Part shown: positions 9,822 through 17,997 of the stretch, one piece after another
Layout: each line of letters opens with the position of its first letter
Position numbering within the stretch: position 1 is the stretch's first letter
DNA from: an uncultured bacterium
GTDB taxonomy: Bacteria; Oederibacteriota; Oederibacteriia; Oederibacteriales; Oederibacteriaceae
Assembly (NCBI GenBank): GCA_965112635.1
Contig: OZ218778.1
Coordinates: 2,812,007-2,876,006, forward strand
DNA: 64,000 nt
Direction: 5' to 3'
Translations under genes and position numbers: made by a program
The notes under the pieces: model-generated
What the model was told of the DNA's origin: nothing
The model's database searches: none
What the model saw: only the letters and a program-made list of their open reading frames with translations

Positions 9822-9953
9822 GGCGGGCCGAAGGCCTCGCCATCCTATCCATTGCTCTTTGTCGCTTTGATCCTTTCCAATAGAGGCGGGCCGAAGGCCT
9901 CGCCATCCTATCCATTGCTCTTTGTCGCTTTGATCCTTTCCAATAGAGGCGGG
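9822..9953. repeat. Exact 63-bp tandem duplication covering the 3' end of the M48 peptidase gene
   Basis: Units 9822-9884 and 9885-9947 are identical, followed by a partial third GGCGGG. Confidence 0.9.
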
Positions 9954-11155
9954 TGGTTGTAGTGCACGAAAACGTAAAAAGGGTGCGGGGTCAGGTTGGA
10001 CAGATTGTCCCGTGAAAGTTTTTTCAGGCATTCCACCAAAACCTCAGCCGGCGGCGCGGTCTGGGCCGCGAACTTGTCCGCTTCGAACTCGTTATGCCGG
10101 GAAAGCATGTTGATGAAAAGCGAGAGGATGAGTTCCAGCGGGGCGTATAGGAGGCCGAAAAAAATGAACCCGGCGTAGAGCGGCACCTTGTCCATGTAAA
10201 AGGCGGCGTATAGGCCCGCCTGGCTGAGGAAAAGGGAGAGCAGGAAGAACACAACCCCGCTGTTGAGGATGCTGATGGCCATGTTCAGCAGAATATGCTT
10301 TTTCTTATAATGACCGATTTCGTGCGCCAGCACGGAAACCATTTCCTGGGCCGTGTGCTTGGCGATCAGGGTGTCAAAGAGCGCGATCCGTTTGTGCCTG
10401 CCAAACCCGGAAAAAAAGGCATTGCCCTTACTGCTGCGTTTGGAGCCATCCATGACAAAGACATTTTCCAGGGAGAATTTCACAGACTGCGCATAGTTGA
10501 AAATCCCCGTTCGCAGTTCCCCCTCCGGAAGCGGGGCAAACTTGTTAAAGAGCGGCATGATCCAGGTCGGGAAAATATAGTGGATGAACAGCAGGAACAG
10601 GCTGGCCGCGGCCCAGGCCCAGAGCCAGGCCAGGGAGCCCGCGTAAAGGAAAAAGGCCAGGATGCCGGCCAAAAGAGGCCCGCCCAGCACAATGGTCAGC
10701 CCGATGCTTTTGACCAGGTCCAGGACAAAGGTGGCCGGCGTGGTCTTGTTGAACCCGAACCGTTCTTCAATGACAAAGGTATCGTGGATATCGAAGGGTA
10801 AGGACAAAAGCATATTGAGGAACAGGAGGACGCCGATATAGACCAAGCCGCTCACGATGACCCCGCAGCCCAGCCTCCCCACCCAATGGTCCAAATAATT
10901 GAAACCACCCAAAAACCAGAACAGCAACAGCACCAGGAGGTCAAAAGTGCCGCTCACTTGCCCCCAGCGGGTGCGCGTCCGGGTGTATTCCTGGGACTTA
11001 CGGTAAGCTTCGTCGTCATACAGGCCCTTGAGCTCCTCAGGCACCTCAGCCCGCAGGGATTTCAGGTTCAAAAGGTCGGCGATGAGCTCCAGTCCGTAAC
11101 TCAGGACCAGGGTGGTTAAAATGATGATGCTGTATATGTTCATAACTGCGTTCAC
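9908..11155 (-). CDS. M48 family (Ste24-type) zinc metalloprotease
   Basis: DGSKRSSKGNAFF, HEIGH, EFEAD, HPPLLERI motifs; multiple TM segments. Confidence 0.9.
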   Translation of the reverse strand: MNAVMNIYSIIILTTLVLSYGLELIADLLNLKSLRAEVPEELKGLYDDEAYRKSQEYTRTRTRWGQVSGTFDLLVLLLFWFLGGFNYLDHWVGRLGCGVIVSGLVYIGVLLFLNMLLSLPFDIHDTFVIEERFGFNKTTPATFVLDLVKSIGLTIVLGGPLLAGILAFFLYAGSLAWLWAWAAASLFLLFIHYIFPTWIMPLFNKFAPLPEGELRTGIFNYAQSVKFSLENVFVMDGSKRSSKGNAFFSGFGRHKRIALFDTLIAKHTAQEMVSVLAHEIGHYKKKHILLNMAISILNSGVVFFLLSLFLSQAGLYAAFYMDKVPLYAGFIFFGLLYAPLELILSLFINMLSRHNEFEADKFAAQTAPPAEVLVECLKKLSRDNLSNLTPHPFYVFVHYNHPPLLERIKATKSNG

Positions 11156-11178
11156 CTCGGCAGACAGGGTAGCCCTGA

Positions 11179-11478
11179 CTAATGGGCCAATCTAAGACTC
11201 AGGTCAAAAAGGGTTTTTACCAGAAAATCCCTGAGAAAATACAGGATCAGCAGGGCGAACACCGGCGACAGGTCCAGGCCGCCCATCGGCGGGATGATCT
11301 TCCTGAAAGGCCACAGGACCGGACGGCACAACTGGTCCAGCATCCTGCTGACCGGGTTCCAGGGGTCCACCCCGACCCAGGACAGCAGGACATAAGCAAT
11401 AATGACCCAGCAATAAAGCCCCATCACCGCGTCAAGAAGCTTGGCCAGGGCCACGATAAGGTTACTGACTACGAACAT
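11179..11478 (-). CDS. yggT: YggT family membrane protein
   Basis: LSWVGVDPWNP...RKIIPPMGGLDLSP. Confidence 0.85.
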   Translation of the reverse strand: MFVVSNLIVALAKLLDAVMGLYCWVIIAYVLLSWVGVDPWNPVSRMLDQLCRPVLWPFRKIIPPMGGLDLSPVFALLILYFLRDFLVKTLFDLSLRLAH

Positions 11479-11502
11479 AGTTCCTTATAGCCTCCTTATA
11501 AT

Positions 11503-11542
11503 AAAATCCCCCTCTTCTGAAAAACCAGGAGAGGGGGATTTT
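11503..11542. terminator. Intrinsic terminator-like hairpin
   Basis: AAAATCCCCCTCTTCTG-loop-CAGGAGAGGGGGATTTT. Confidence 0.6.
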
Positions 11543-11553
11543 GGTTTGCTTGA

Positions 11554-11943
11554 CTATTTACCTTGGTCTTCAGTGGCGGCTTTGGCGGCCTTGCCCATCT
11601 TTCCGTGCTTCATGTCTTTCATGGGCATCATTCCTTTATCTCCCATGGGCCCCATTTCACCTGGATTTTTGCAGACCCCGTCCTTGCAGTTCTCATCCAT
11701 ACAGCCGCAACCGTTCTTGTCCCACCCGTGGTGCCACCCTGGATGCATCGGCCCCGCGACCAGGACCAAAATGCCCAGGCTCAGGATGATGCCGGCCACA
11801 ACCCATAAAAGCACCGCCACGGCCGTGCCAAAAGTCTTAAGCGGTCCGCCCTCGACCTTGCGGTTCGCGAACAGGACGAAATAACTCACCGTCAAAAGCA
11901 TCATGGTGGGAATGAGCGCCACCAAACCGACCATATGTCCCAT
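11554..11943 (-). CDS. Small 2-TM membrane protein with Met/Cys/Lys-rich tail
   Basis: GGAGG RBS, two hydrophobic helices, low-complexity M/K/G tail. Confidence 0.7.
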   Translation of the reverse strand: MGHMVGLVALIPTMMLLTVSYFVLFANRKVEGGPLKTFGTAVAVLLWVVAGIILSLGILVLVAGPMHPGWHHGWDKNGCGCMDENCKDGVCKNPGEMGPMGDKGMMPMKDMKHGKMGKAAKAATEDQGK

Positions 11944-12060
11944 ATCTGTTACCTCCCTAGCCCTTTGGGGTTCAGCCCATCAGGGCAAAATTGCAACACT
12001 TAAGGATATTTTACTACTTTTTAGGCAACTCTTCCCTATTTTTTAGGTAAGCAAGGAGGG

Positions 12061-14265
12061 TTATTTTAATACGATGAACTTCTTCGGCCCTATCTTGGTG
12101 GAACCCTGGTAGGTGTAGGTGGAGTTGTATTTCATGCTGACCATGTACAGATAAACACCGGATACGAAATTCCTGACATCCAAAATGCTCGCCTGCGGAC
12201 CTCCCTGCTTTTGCTCCTCTATAGTTGCTACCAGCTCCGCGGCTTCGTTATAAACCCGTATCTTCACAGTCCCCGGTCCTAGCATCAGGTAAACAATAGT
12301 CGCAGAATCACCTGTTGCCGGCGAAGGGTAAATAAACGAGGTGCCTATTGTGGGCGGGGTGGTAATAAAAGTCGGCGTGTTAGTAAAAGTCAACGAGGGC
12401 GTGAAAGTCATGGACGGGGTCTGAGTCTGCGAAGGCGTGGAGGTCTGGGTCGAGGTATAGGTCTGCGTCCCTGTCATGGTCACCGTAGAGGTCATAGTGA
12501 CCGTAAAAGTCTGCGTGATGGTGGGGGTCTGGGTCGCTGTATTGGTCTGAGTGGCCGTGGCGGTCACCGTGGGAGTATTGGTCGCGGTGCCGGTCTGGGT
12601 CACGGTGCTGGTCTGGCTGGAGGTCAGGGTCTGGGAAGGGGTCAGCGTGATGGTGTAGGTGGCGGTCTGGGTAGTCGTGCTGGAGGCTGTCGGTGTCTGG
12701 CTGGAGGTCAAGGTCTGGGTCGATGTTCCTGTCGCTGAGGCGGTAGCCGAGGCGGTCCTGGTCGCCGTGTTAGTGCTTGTAGGCACAAAGGTGGCTGTCT
12801 GGCTAGGGGTCTGGGTGGATGTCGGCGTGGAAACCGAGGCCACCACATTGATGACCGCATAGTTAAAGGCGTAAAGCCTGGTGCCGTCGTCTGGCTGGAG
12901 TTTTTCCGTGGCTTTAAGCATCAAAATATAGGTCCCTACGGCGTTCATGGAAACCGTGGTGGAAAGGGCCGTGGGACTGCCCCAGGTCACCACTCCGCCA
13001 GTGGGGGTCACATAGCCGGGTGTGATGAAGCTGTAATCCGCGTAAGGATAAGGCGAAGTGCCGTACTGGCACCACTGCAGGGCCACGCCGTTGTTATAGG
13101 TGTCCGTGAGCGTGCCGTGCAAAGTGATCTGCTGGCCCACCGTGATGGTCTGGTTGGTGTCCGCGGTCACGGTCAGGGTGCCGGCTGTGCGCGGCCCGGC
13201 AGGGGCGGCGCTGGTCTGGATGATATCAAAGTTCGCCTGGGTCAGGGCATTGACGTCCGAAAGGTTGACGAACCTCGGATCAGGAGCATCCGAATAGAAC
13301 ATATTACTGCCGTTGTCCGCCACAATGGCCCCGTATTTTTTTAAGGCCAGAGCCACGGCCTGGGCAGCCGGGGACCATGCCCCGGGAATGGCAAAATTGG
13401 CCTTGAGCCTCAGGCGCTCTCCCATCCTCGGGTAATTTGAACCGGGCGGCTGGCTGCCCGCCTGGTGCTGGGCCGGGTAGACATAGGCTTTTTGCGAGGT
13501 ATGGACAGTGATGCGGATGGCGTGTTCCACCATGCCCCGCTGGCACTCGTCATAGCGGATGACCGCCGGGAAAATGGGCAGGCCGGCCGCGTCTCCCGAG
13601 GTCATGCCAGCGCAGCGCATCTGGTTGCTCGTCAGGTCCCAGGCCGCCCCGTTGGAGGCCGTCCAGGTGCCCGTGCAGTCCGTGGCTGACCTGACCATCT
13701 GCCAAGTCTCGAACAGGTGCATATTGAGGGGGTCTACGGTAATGGAGTGGTGGTCGCCGCTTAAGGTCCCTGACCACAGGCAGTTCGAGTCCGCGCCTAC
13801 GCCAAAGGGATTGGGCCAGGGTTCACACGGCTGGTCCGGCGGGACAGGATACGCGCCTGGCGTGCCGCCTCCTGCGCAGTTAAAACAGTCGCCCACGAAC
13901 CGGTCGGAATCGCCTGGATAAAGGTTGAAGGTCACGTTGACTGTGGGTTGGGTGGGAGGCACGAAAATGAAACACATGTCATCATTATTGTGCATGTTCC
14001 CGGCCATATTGGCCAGGACGGCTGCGGAATTGGCAGCGACCGCACGGTTGGAAATATCCTCATTCCAAGCGCTGTCGGTGGGAAAAACCTGCAAGGCCGC
14101 CGACACCTGGTCGGCGACGGGAGCGATATCGAACATGGCCGTGGTGGTCAGATTGACCATGGCCGGAAGGATGCGTCCCTCTTGGTTGATATTCAACGCC
14201 TGGGTAAAAGAGGTTATGGACAGGATAAAGCAAATGCTCAAAAAGAGCTTGGAAAAAAGTTTCAA
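12061..14265 (-). CDS. Secreted surface protein: uncharacterised N-terminal domain, PKD-like domain, Thr-rich stalk, C-terminal sorting-type Ig domain
   Basis: GGAGG then TTG at 14265 gives a signal peptide; about 160-aa TxTxT stalk; C-terminus IYPSPA...VKIRVYN...SGVYLY. Confidence 0.75.
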   Translation of the reverse strand: MKLFSKLFLSICFILSITSFTQALNINQEGRILPAMVNLTTTAMFDIAPVADQVSAALQVFPTDSAWNEDISNRAVAANSAAVLANMAGNMHNNDDMCFIFVPPTQPTVNVTFNLYPGDSDRFVGDCFNCAGGGTPGAYPVPPDQPCEPWPNPFGVGADSNCLWSGTLSGDHHSITVDPLNMHLFETWQMVRSATDCTGTWTASNGAAWDLTSNQMRCAGMTSGDAAGLPIFPAVIRYDECQRGMVEHAIRITVHTSQKAYVYPAQHQAGSQPPGSNYPRMGERLRLKANFAIPGAWSPAAQAVALALKKYGAIVADNGSNMFYSDAPDPRFVNLSDVNALTQANFDIIQTSAAPAGPRTAGTLTVTADTNQTITVGQQITLHGTLTDTYNNGVALQWCQYGTSPYPYADYSFITPGYVTPTGGVVTWGSPTALSTTVSMNAVGTYILMLKATEKLQPDDGTRLYAFNYAVINVVASVSTPTSTQTPSQTATFVPTSTNTATRTASATASATGTSTQTLTSSQTPTASSTTTQTATYTITLTPSQTLTSSQTSTVTQTGTATNTPTVTATATQTNTATQTPTITQTFTVTMTSTVTMTGTQTYTSTQTSTPSQTQTPSMTFTPSLTFTNTPTFITTPPTIGTSFIYPSPATGDSATIVYLMLGPGTVKIRVYNEAAELVATIEEQKQGGPQASILDVRNFVSGVYLYMVSMKYNSTYTYQGSTKIGPKKFIVLK

Positions 14266-14327
14266 ACCTGTGCCTCCCTGTCCATTCACATGCCATATAA
14301 TAGACAAGTATTACTCCAAAAAGTTCC

Positions 14328-14837
14328 TTACCACTTCTCTTTATGCAGGATCTCGGACATGGCCTTGCGGTTCTTCGCGGCGCCGGTCTTGGTGGGATAA
14401 CCGAGGGTCAGCATCCCCACCATCACGATTTCTTTGGGGATAACGAGAAGCTCCTTGACCTTGTCCGAATCCACGTGGCCGACCCAGCAGGTCCCCAGCC
14501 CCAGCTCCACGGCCTGGAGCATCATGTGGGCCGTGGCCAGAGCTATGTCAATGGGGTAGCACTTTTCCCCGACCTTCATCACATGGCCGTCCGTCTCCGC
14601 GCAGCAGATGATGCTGACCGGGGCCTGGCCCACGAAAACCTGTCCGCCGGCCGCCTCGCCCAGCTTACGCCTCATGACCGCGTCCTGGACCACTACGAAC
14701 CGCCACTCCTGCTTGTTGCCCGCCGAGGGGGATAACCTCCCCGCCTCCAAAACCGCCTGGAGCTTGTCCGCTTCCACGGGTTTGTCCTGGAATTCCCTGA
14801 CGCTCTGTCTTTTCAAAATGGCTTCTTTGACGTTCAT
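14328..14837 (-). CDS. Nitroreductase family protein
   Basis: RQSVREF, SPSAGNKQEWRF, LGLGTCWVG. Confidence 0.9.
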   Translation of the reverse strand: MNVKEAILKRQSVREFQDKPVEADKLQAVLEAGRLSPSAGNKQEWRFVVVQDAVMRRKLGEAAGGQVFVGQAPVSIICCAETDGHVMKVGEKCYPIDIALATAHMMLQAVELGLGTCWVGHVDSDKVKELLVIPKEIVMVGMLTLGYPTKTGAAKNRKAMSEILHKEKW

Positions 14838-14859
14838 AACCGTTCTCCTTTCCTGGGGG

Positions 14860-15057
14860 TCAGTTCTTGCCTTGTTGGTCTCTTATGAAATTCGCTATGG
14901 ACCGGTCATAGGTCTTTTCGGCCTTGGGAGAAAAAAGGCATCCCGGCAGCTCACCCATCTCTTTGTGATAAACAATACATGAACAGCACTTTCCCCGGCG
15001 CTCGCAGCTGTAGGAACAGGCGCAGTTCCTTTGGTTAGCCGCCAATGAACATTCCAT
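14860..15057 (-). CDS. Small Cys-rich protein (DUF6485-like)
   Basis: CxCxxxCxRxGxCCxCxxYH...LPGC...EKTYDRS pattern; AGGAGG RBS. Confidence 0.7.
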   Translation of the reverse strand: MECSLAANQRNCACSYSCERRGKCCSCIVYHKEMGELPGCLFSPKAEKTYDRSIANFIRDQQGKN

Positions 15058-15118
15058 AACTTACCTCCTTGCGAAGTGGTCTTGAATTTTCTATAGTCAT
15101 ATATTATCTACAAAAGGG

Positions 15119-15523
15119 GTGCAAATGGAAACTATCGACGTGCAGTCCACCAGACGGCAGCAGGTCATCGACATCACCCGGCAGGTGCAGGGACTGATCA
15201 CAAAAAAAGGCCTTAAATCAGGGGCCTGCGTGGTCTACTGCCCCCACACCACGGCTGCCATCTCCTGCAACGAGAACGCCGACCCGGACGTGAAAAGCGA
15301 CATCATGAACTTCCTCAGCCAGACCATCCCCCAGGACAGCGGCTATGCCCACTCTGAAGGCAACTCCGACGCCCATATCAAAACAACCCTGACCGGCTTT
15401 TCCCAGACCTTTATCGTGGAGGACGGCGAGCTTCAGCTGGGAACCTGGCAGGGGGTCTTTTTTATGGAGTACGACGGACCGCGCCACCGCGAAGTTTGGG
15501 TCAAGTTCCTCGCTACCGCCTGA
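15119..15523 (+). CDS. yjbQ: YjbQ/UPF0047 family protein
   Basis: PHTTAAI.NENADPDV, HSEGNSDAHIK, LGTWQG.F.E.DGPR. Confidence 0.9.
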   Translation: MQMETIDVQSTRRQQVIDITRQVQGLITKKGLKSGACVVYCPHTTAAISCNENADPDVKSDIMNFLSQTIPQDSGYAHSEGNSDAHIKTTLTGFSQTFIVEDGELQLGTWQGVFFMEYDGPRHREVWVKFLATA

Positions 15524-15541
15524 TCTGGCCCCAGGTTTTTT

Positions 15542-16315
15542 TTAACGCTGTTTGTCCGCGAAATCGAGCAGCGGCCTGAGTCCGAACAGGGGCCCGCTGT
15601 GGGCGAAAGCAAGGATCTTGATCTTATCGGCCATGGGCTTAAGTTTGTAAGCCAGGGCTTTGATCGACTGCTTGCTCTGGGCCTGGTTCTCGCAGAAAAT
15701 GGCCTTGCTGGGAGTGACCTCGCCATCGCTGCTGGACCAGCAGCTGTCTCCCATGAACAAAACTCCGTTGGCAAAGAACACCATGCTCCCGGCGGTATGC
15801 CCCGGCACGCTGTGCACCTGCACGCTGACCTTCCCCACCCTGACCGGTTTGCCGTCCTTTAAGATATTCGTGACCTTAAAATTGGAAGGCTTTAAGAGCA
15901 TAAGGAATGAGAACAATTTGACGGGTTTTTGCAGGCCTTCGGCAATAGGCTTGTCCACCTCGGAGCAGTATATCTTGGCTTTGGGGAACAAAGGACAGGC
16001 GGCTGTATGGTCCCTGTCGCCGTGGGTCAGAAGCACTGCCTGGACATCCTCCGGTTTAAATCCTTTTGTTTGCAGGGCCGCCAGAATGGCTTTGCCTTGC
16101 GGGTCATTGCCCGCGTCGATCAGGGCGACCTTGTGTTTGCCGACATCGAACATAAAACAGCTCACGAAACCGTCCTTGATGGTCGTGGCAAACTGATTGA
16201 GCACCAAGCCGTCCGGGATGGGAGAATCCCCCATAAAGGTAACGAAAAAAATTGTCATTGGTAAAAGGATAAGGACCACTACTACCACAGCGATCCAGAT
16301 AATTACTTTGACCAT
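15542..16315 (-). CDS. MBL-fold metallo-hydrolase with N-terminal membrane anchor
   Basis: THGDRDH, PGHTAGS, MGD, AH motifs. Confidence 0.85.
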   Translation of the reverse strand: MVKVIIWIAVVVVVLILLPMTIFFVTFMGDSPIPDGLVLNQFATTIKDGFVSCFMFDVGKHKVALIDAGNDPQGKAILAALQTKGFKPEDVQAVLLTHGDRDHTAACPLFPKAKIYCSEVDKPIAEGLQKPVKLFSFLMLLKPSNFKVTNILKDGKPVRVGKVSVQVHSVPGHTAGSMVFFANGVLFMGDSCWSSSDGEVTPSKAIFCENQAQSKQSIKALAYKLKPMADKIKILAFAHSGPLFGLRPLLDFADKQR

Positions 16316-16406
16316 TGTTCTTTCCTCCTATTGTTGTTGAGGTTCAACCTACCCCTGGGTAGGAAATAGTTTACCTCTTAACCTCATAGTTTTGGCCTCT
16401 TTTTCG

Positions 16407-17534
16407 TTACAATTTGCTTTTAGTAGCCAGCACTGTATTGGCCATATCAGTAACGAATTTGGCCTTGAGCAGGCCTTCGTCCCATTCACCCTGAGCCGTG
16501 GAATCCCACACAATACCGCCGCCAATACCCATCTCTCCCTCTCCATTCTGGATTAGTAGGGTGCGGATGGGGATATTAAAACACATGTCCCGGCCAGGGG
16601 TAATGTAACCGATAGCGCCGGTATAGATCTTTCTCTCCTCCCCTTCTAGTTCCCTGATGATTTGCATGGCCCGCATCCTGGGCGCGCCGGTCACTGAGCC
16701 GGATGGGAACATGGCTCCGAACAGGCGGTAGAGCGGGATATCTTTTTCCACCCGGCCCGTGATGGTGGAGGTCATCTGGTAAAGGGTCTTGTACCCGGCC
16801 ACCTCAAAAAGCTTGGGCGCCCGGATCTGCGTACCTACCCTGCCCAAGTCGTTCCTCAAAAGGTCGGCGATCATCACGTTCTCCGCCCTGTTCTTTGCGT
16901 CAAATTTGAGGCGGAACCTGGCCAGAATATCGGCCAGCCAGTTTTGGCTGCGGGGCCAGGTTCCTTTCATAGGCTTGGTCAAGGCCCGTTGGCCTGTTTT
17001 TTTCAAAAATAACTCCGGGGACAGGGAAAGGATATGGAAATGCTCGGTCTCTATGGCGGCAGGATACGGCACAGGCTGTTCCCTCAATAGGGCAAGATAG
17101 AGAAACATAGGATCACCGCTAAAGCGGAACAAAAGCTTCAGGCAATAGGTGATCTGATAGACGTCACCGACCGCGATATAGTCATGGATCTTTTGGATAT
17201 TGGCTGCGTAACGCTCTTTCGAAATATTCAGGCGTAGATCAGAAAGCACCCCCCGGGGCAAAGCGGGATCCGGAACCGGCCACGCTTTTTGGGCCTCCTT
17301 ATAAATGCCCACCTGCAACAGAGGAAAATCATAGGTCTTGTCCTCAGACAGTTTTTCCTCAAAACAATAGCCTGCCTCATAGGAAAAAAATCCGGCCGCA
17401 TAATACCCGGCGGACAGGGCCTGCTCTATTTCCTGGAAACAATGAGCAAAAGCGGAAGGATGCCGGCAGGAAACAACGAATTGGGGATTTTGGAAAAAAA
17501 GAGGTTTGTTTTCAAAACCTATGAATACGTTCAT
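16407..17534 (-). CDS. pabB: Aminodeoxychorismate synthase component I
   Basis: GDVYQ, SPELFL, PMKGT, AENVMIADLLRNDLGRV, FPSGSVTGAP. Confidence 0.85.
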   Translation of the reverse strand: MNVFIGFENKPLFFQNPQFVVSCRHPSAFAHCFQEIEQALSAGYYAAGFFSYEAGYCFEEKLSEDKTYDFPLLQVGIYKEAQKAWPVPDPALPRGVLSDLRLNISKERYAANIQKIHDYIAVGDVYQITYCLKLLFRFSGDPMFLYLALLREQPVPYPAAIETEHFHILSLSPELFLKKTGQRALTKPMKGTWPRSQNWLADILARFRLKFDAKNRAENVMIADLLRNDLGRVGTQIRAPKLFEVAGYKTLYQMTSTITGRVEKDIPLYRLFGAMFPSGSVTGAPRMRAMQIIRELEGEERKIYTGAIGYITPGRDMCFNIPIRTLLIQNGEGEMGIGGGIVWDSTAQGEWDEGLLKAKFVTDMANTVLATKSKL

Positions 17535-17813
17535 GACCCTTCCCTCTGGTCTGGGTGCCCTTTTGATATTGCAGGGCTGCAGATCATGACCGTATCAGAT
17601 TCAATTACTATACAATAAACTTACCGGCTTCCCACGCACAATAATTGTTTGAAATTATGAAATAATCAACAAAAAATGGAACTTTTTGAAATATTTAATG
17701 TCTAATAAGTGTTAAATAATACAAGGGTGAGGTGTGCCTTTTTAATTTCTAACTTATTAAATTGTATCACCGATGATTCTAACCCATTGCACTCACCAAC
17801 GATGGCCAGGAAC

Positions 17814-17822
17814 TGGTATAAT
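17814..17822 (+). promoter_or_regulatory. Extended -10 promoter upstream of the structured leader
   Basis: TGGTATAAT about 25 nt before the RNA motif. Confidence 0.55.
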
Positions 17823-17845
17823 TAACAGAAATTTAACAAAATATC

Positions 17846-17985
17846 AAAGAACTAGCGAAAAGCCGATTGTGGATGTGAGTCCACGATGGGAGAGCTATCC
17901 GCCTGACACACCCTGAGCGGAATCTTCAAACAGGGCAGGAACTGTCAGACACAGGGGTATACCGAAAGGTTCTTTTTTATTTTTT
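17846..17985 (+). ncRNA. Structured cis-regulatory leader RNA, copy 1 (riboswitch candidate, c-di-GMP-I-like)
   Basis: Shares AAAGAACWAGCGAAAAGCCG-[GNRA hairpin]-GGGARAGCTA...YATACCGAAAKGTTCTTTTTT with the copy at 31935-32116 (-). Confidence 0.7.
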
Positions 17986-17997
17986 AGGAGGTGTCCC

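Noticed and set aside
9773-9953. Duplicated gene tail as a diversity-generating retroelement TR/VR pair
   Set aside because: Differences between tails are not restricted to adenines and there is no reverse transcriptase in the window.
9987-9997. GGGGTCAGG inside the M48 gene (and similar short matches in other core genes) as HUH-element repeats
   Set aside because: Lies within intact coding sequence, lacks the TCTTGAAACTTGAA extension, and is expected by chance in GC-rich DNA.
17846-17985. Leader RNA as a ZTP (pfl), lysine, SAM-I, glycine or c-di-AMP riboswitch
   Set aside because: Only short chance-level matches in copy 1 (e.g. GTGGA...CCAC, AACTGTCA), and these are not conserved in copy 2.
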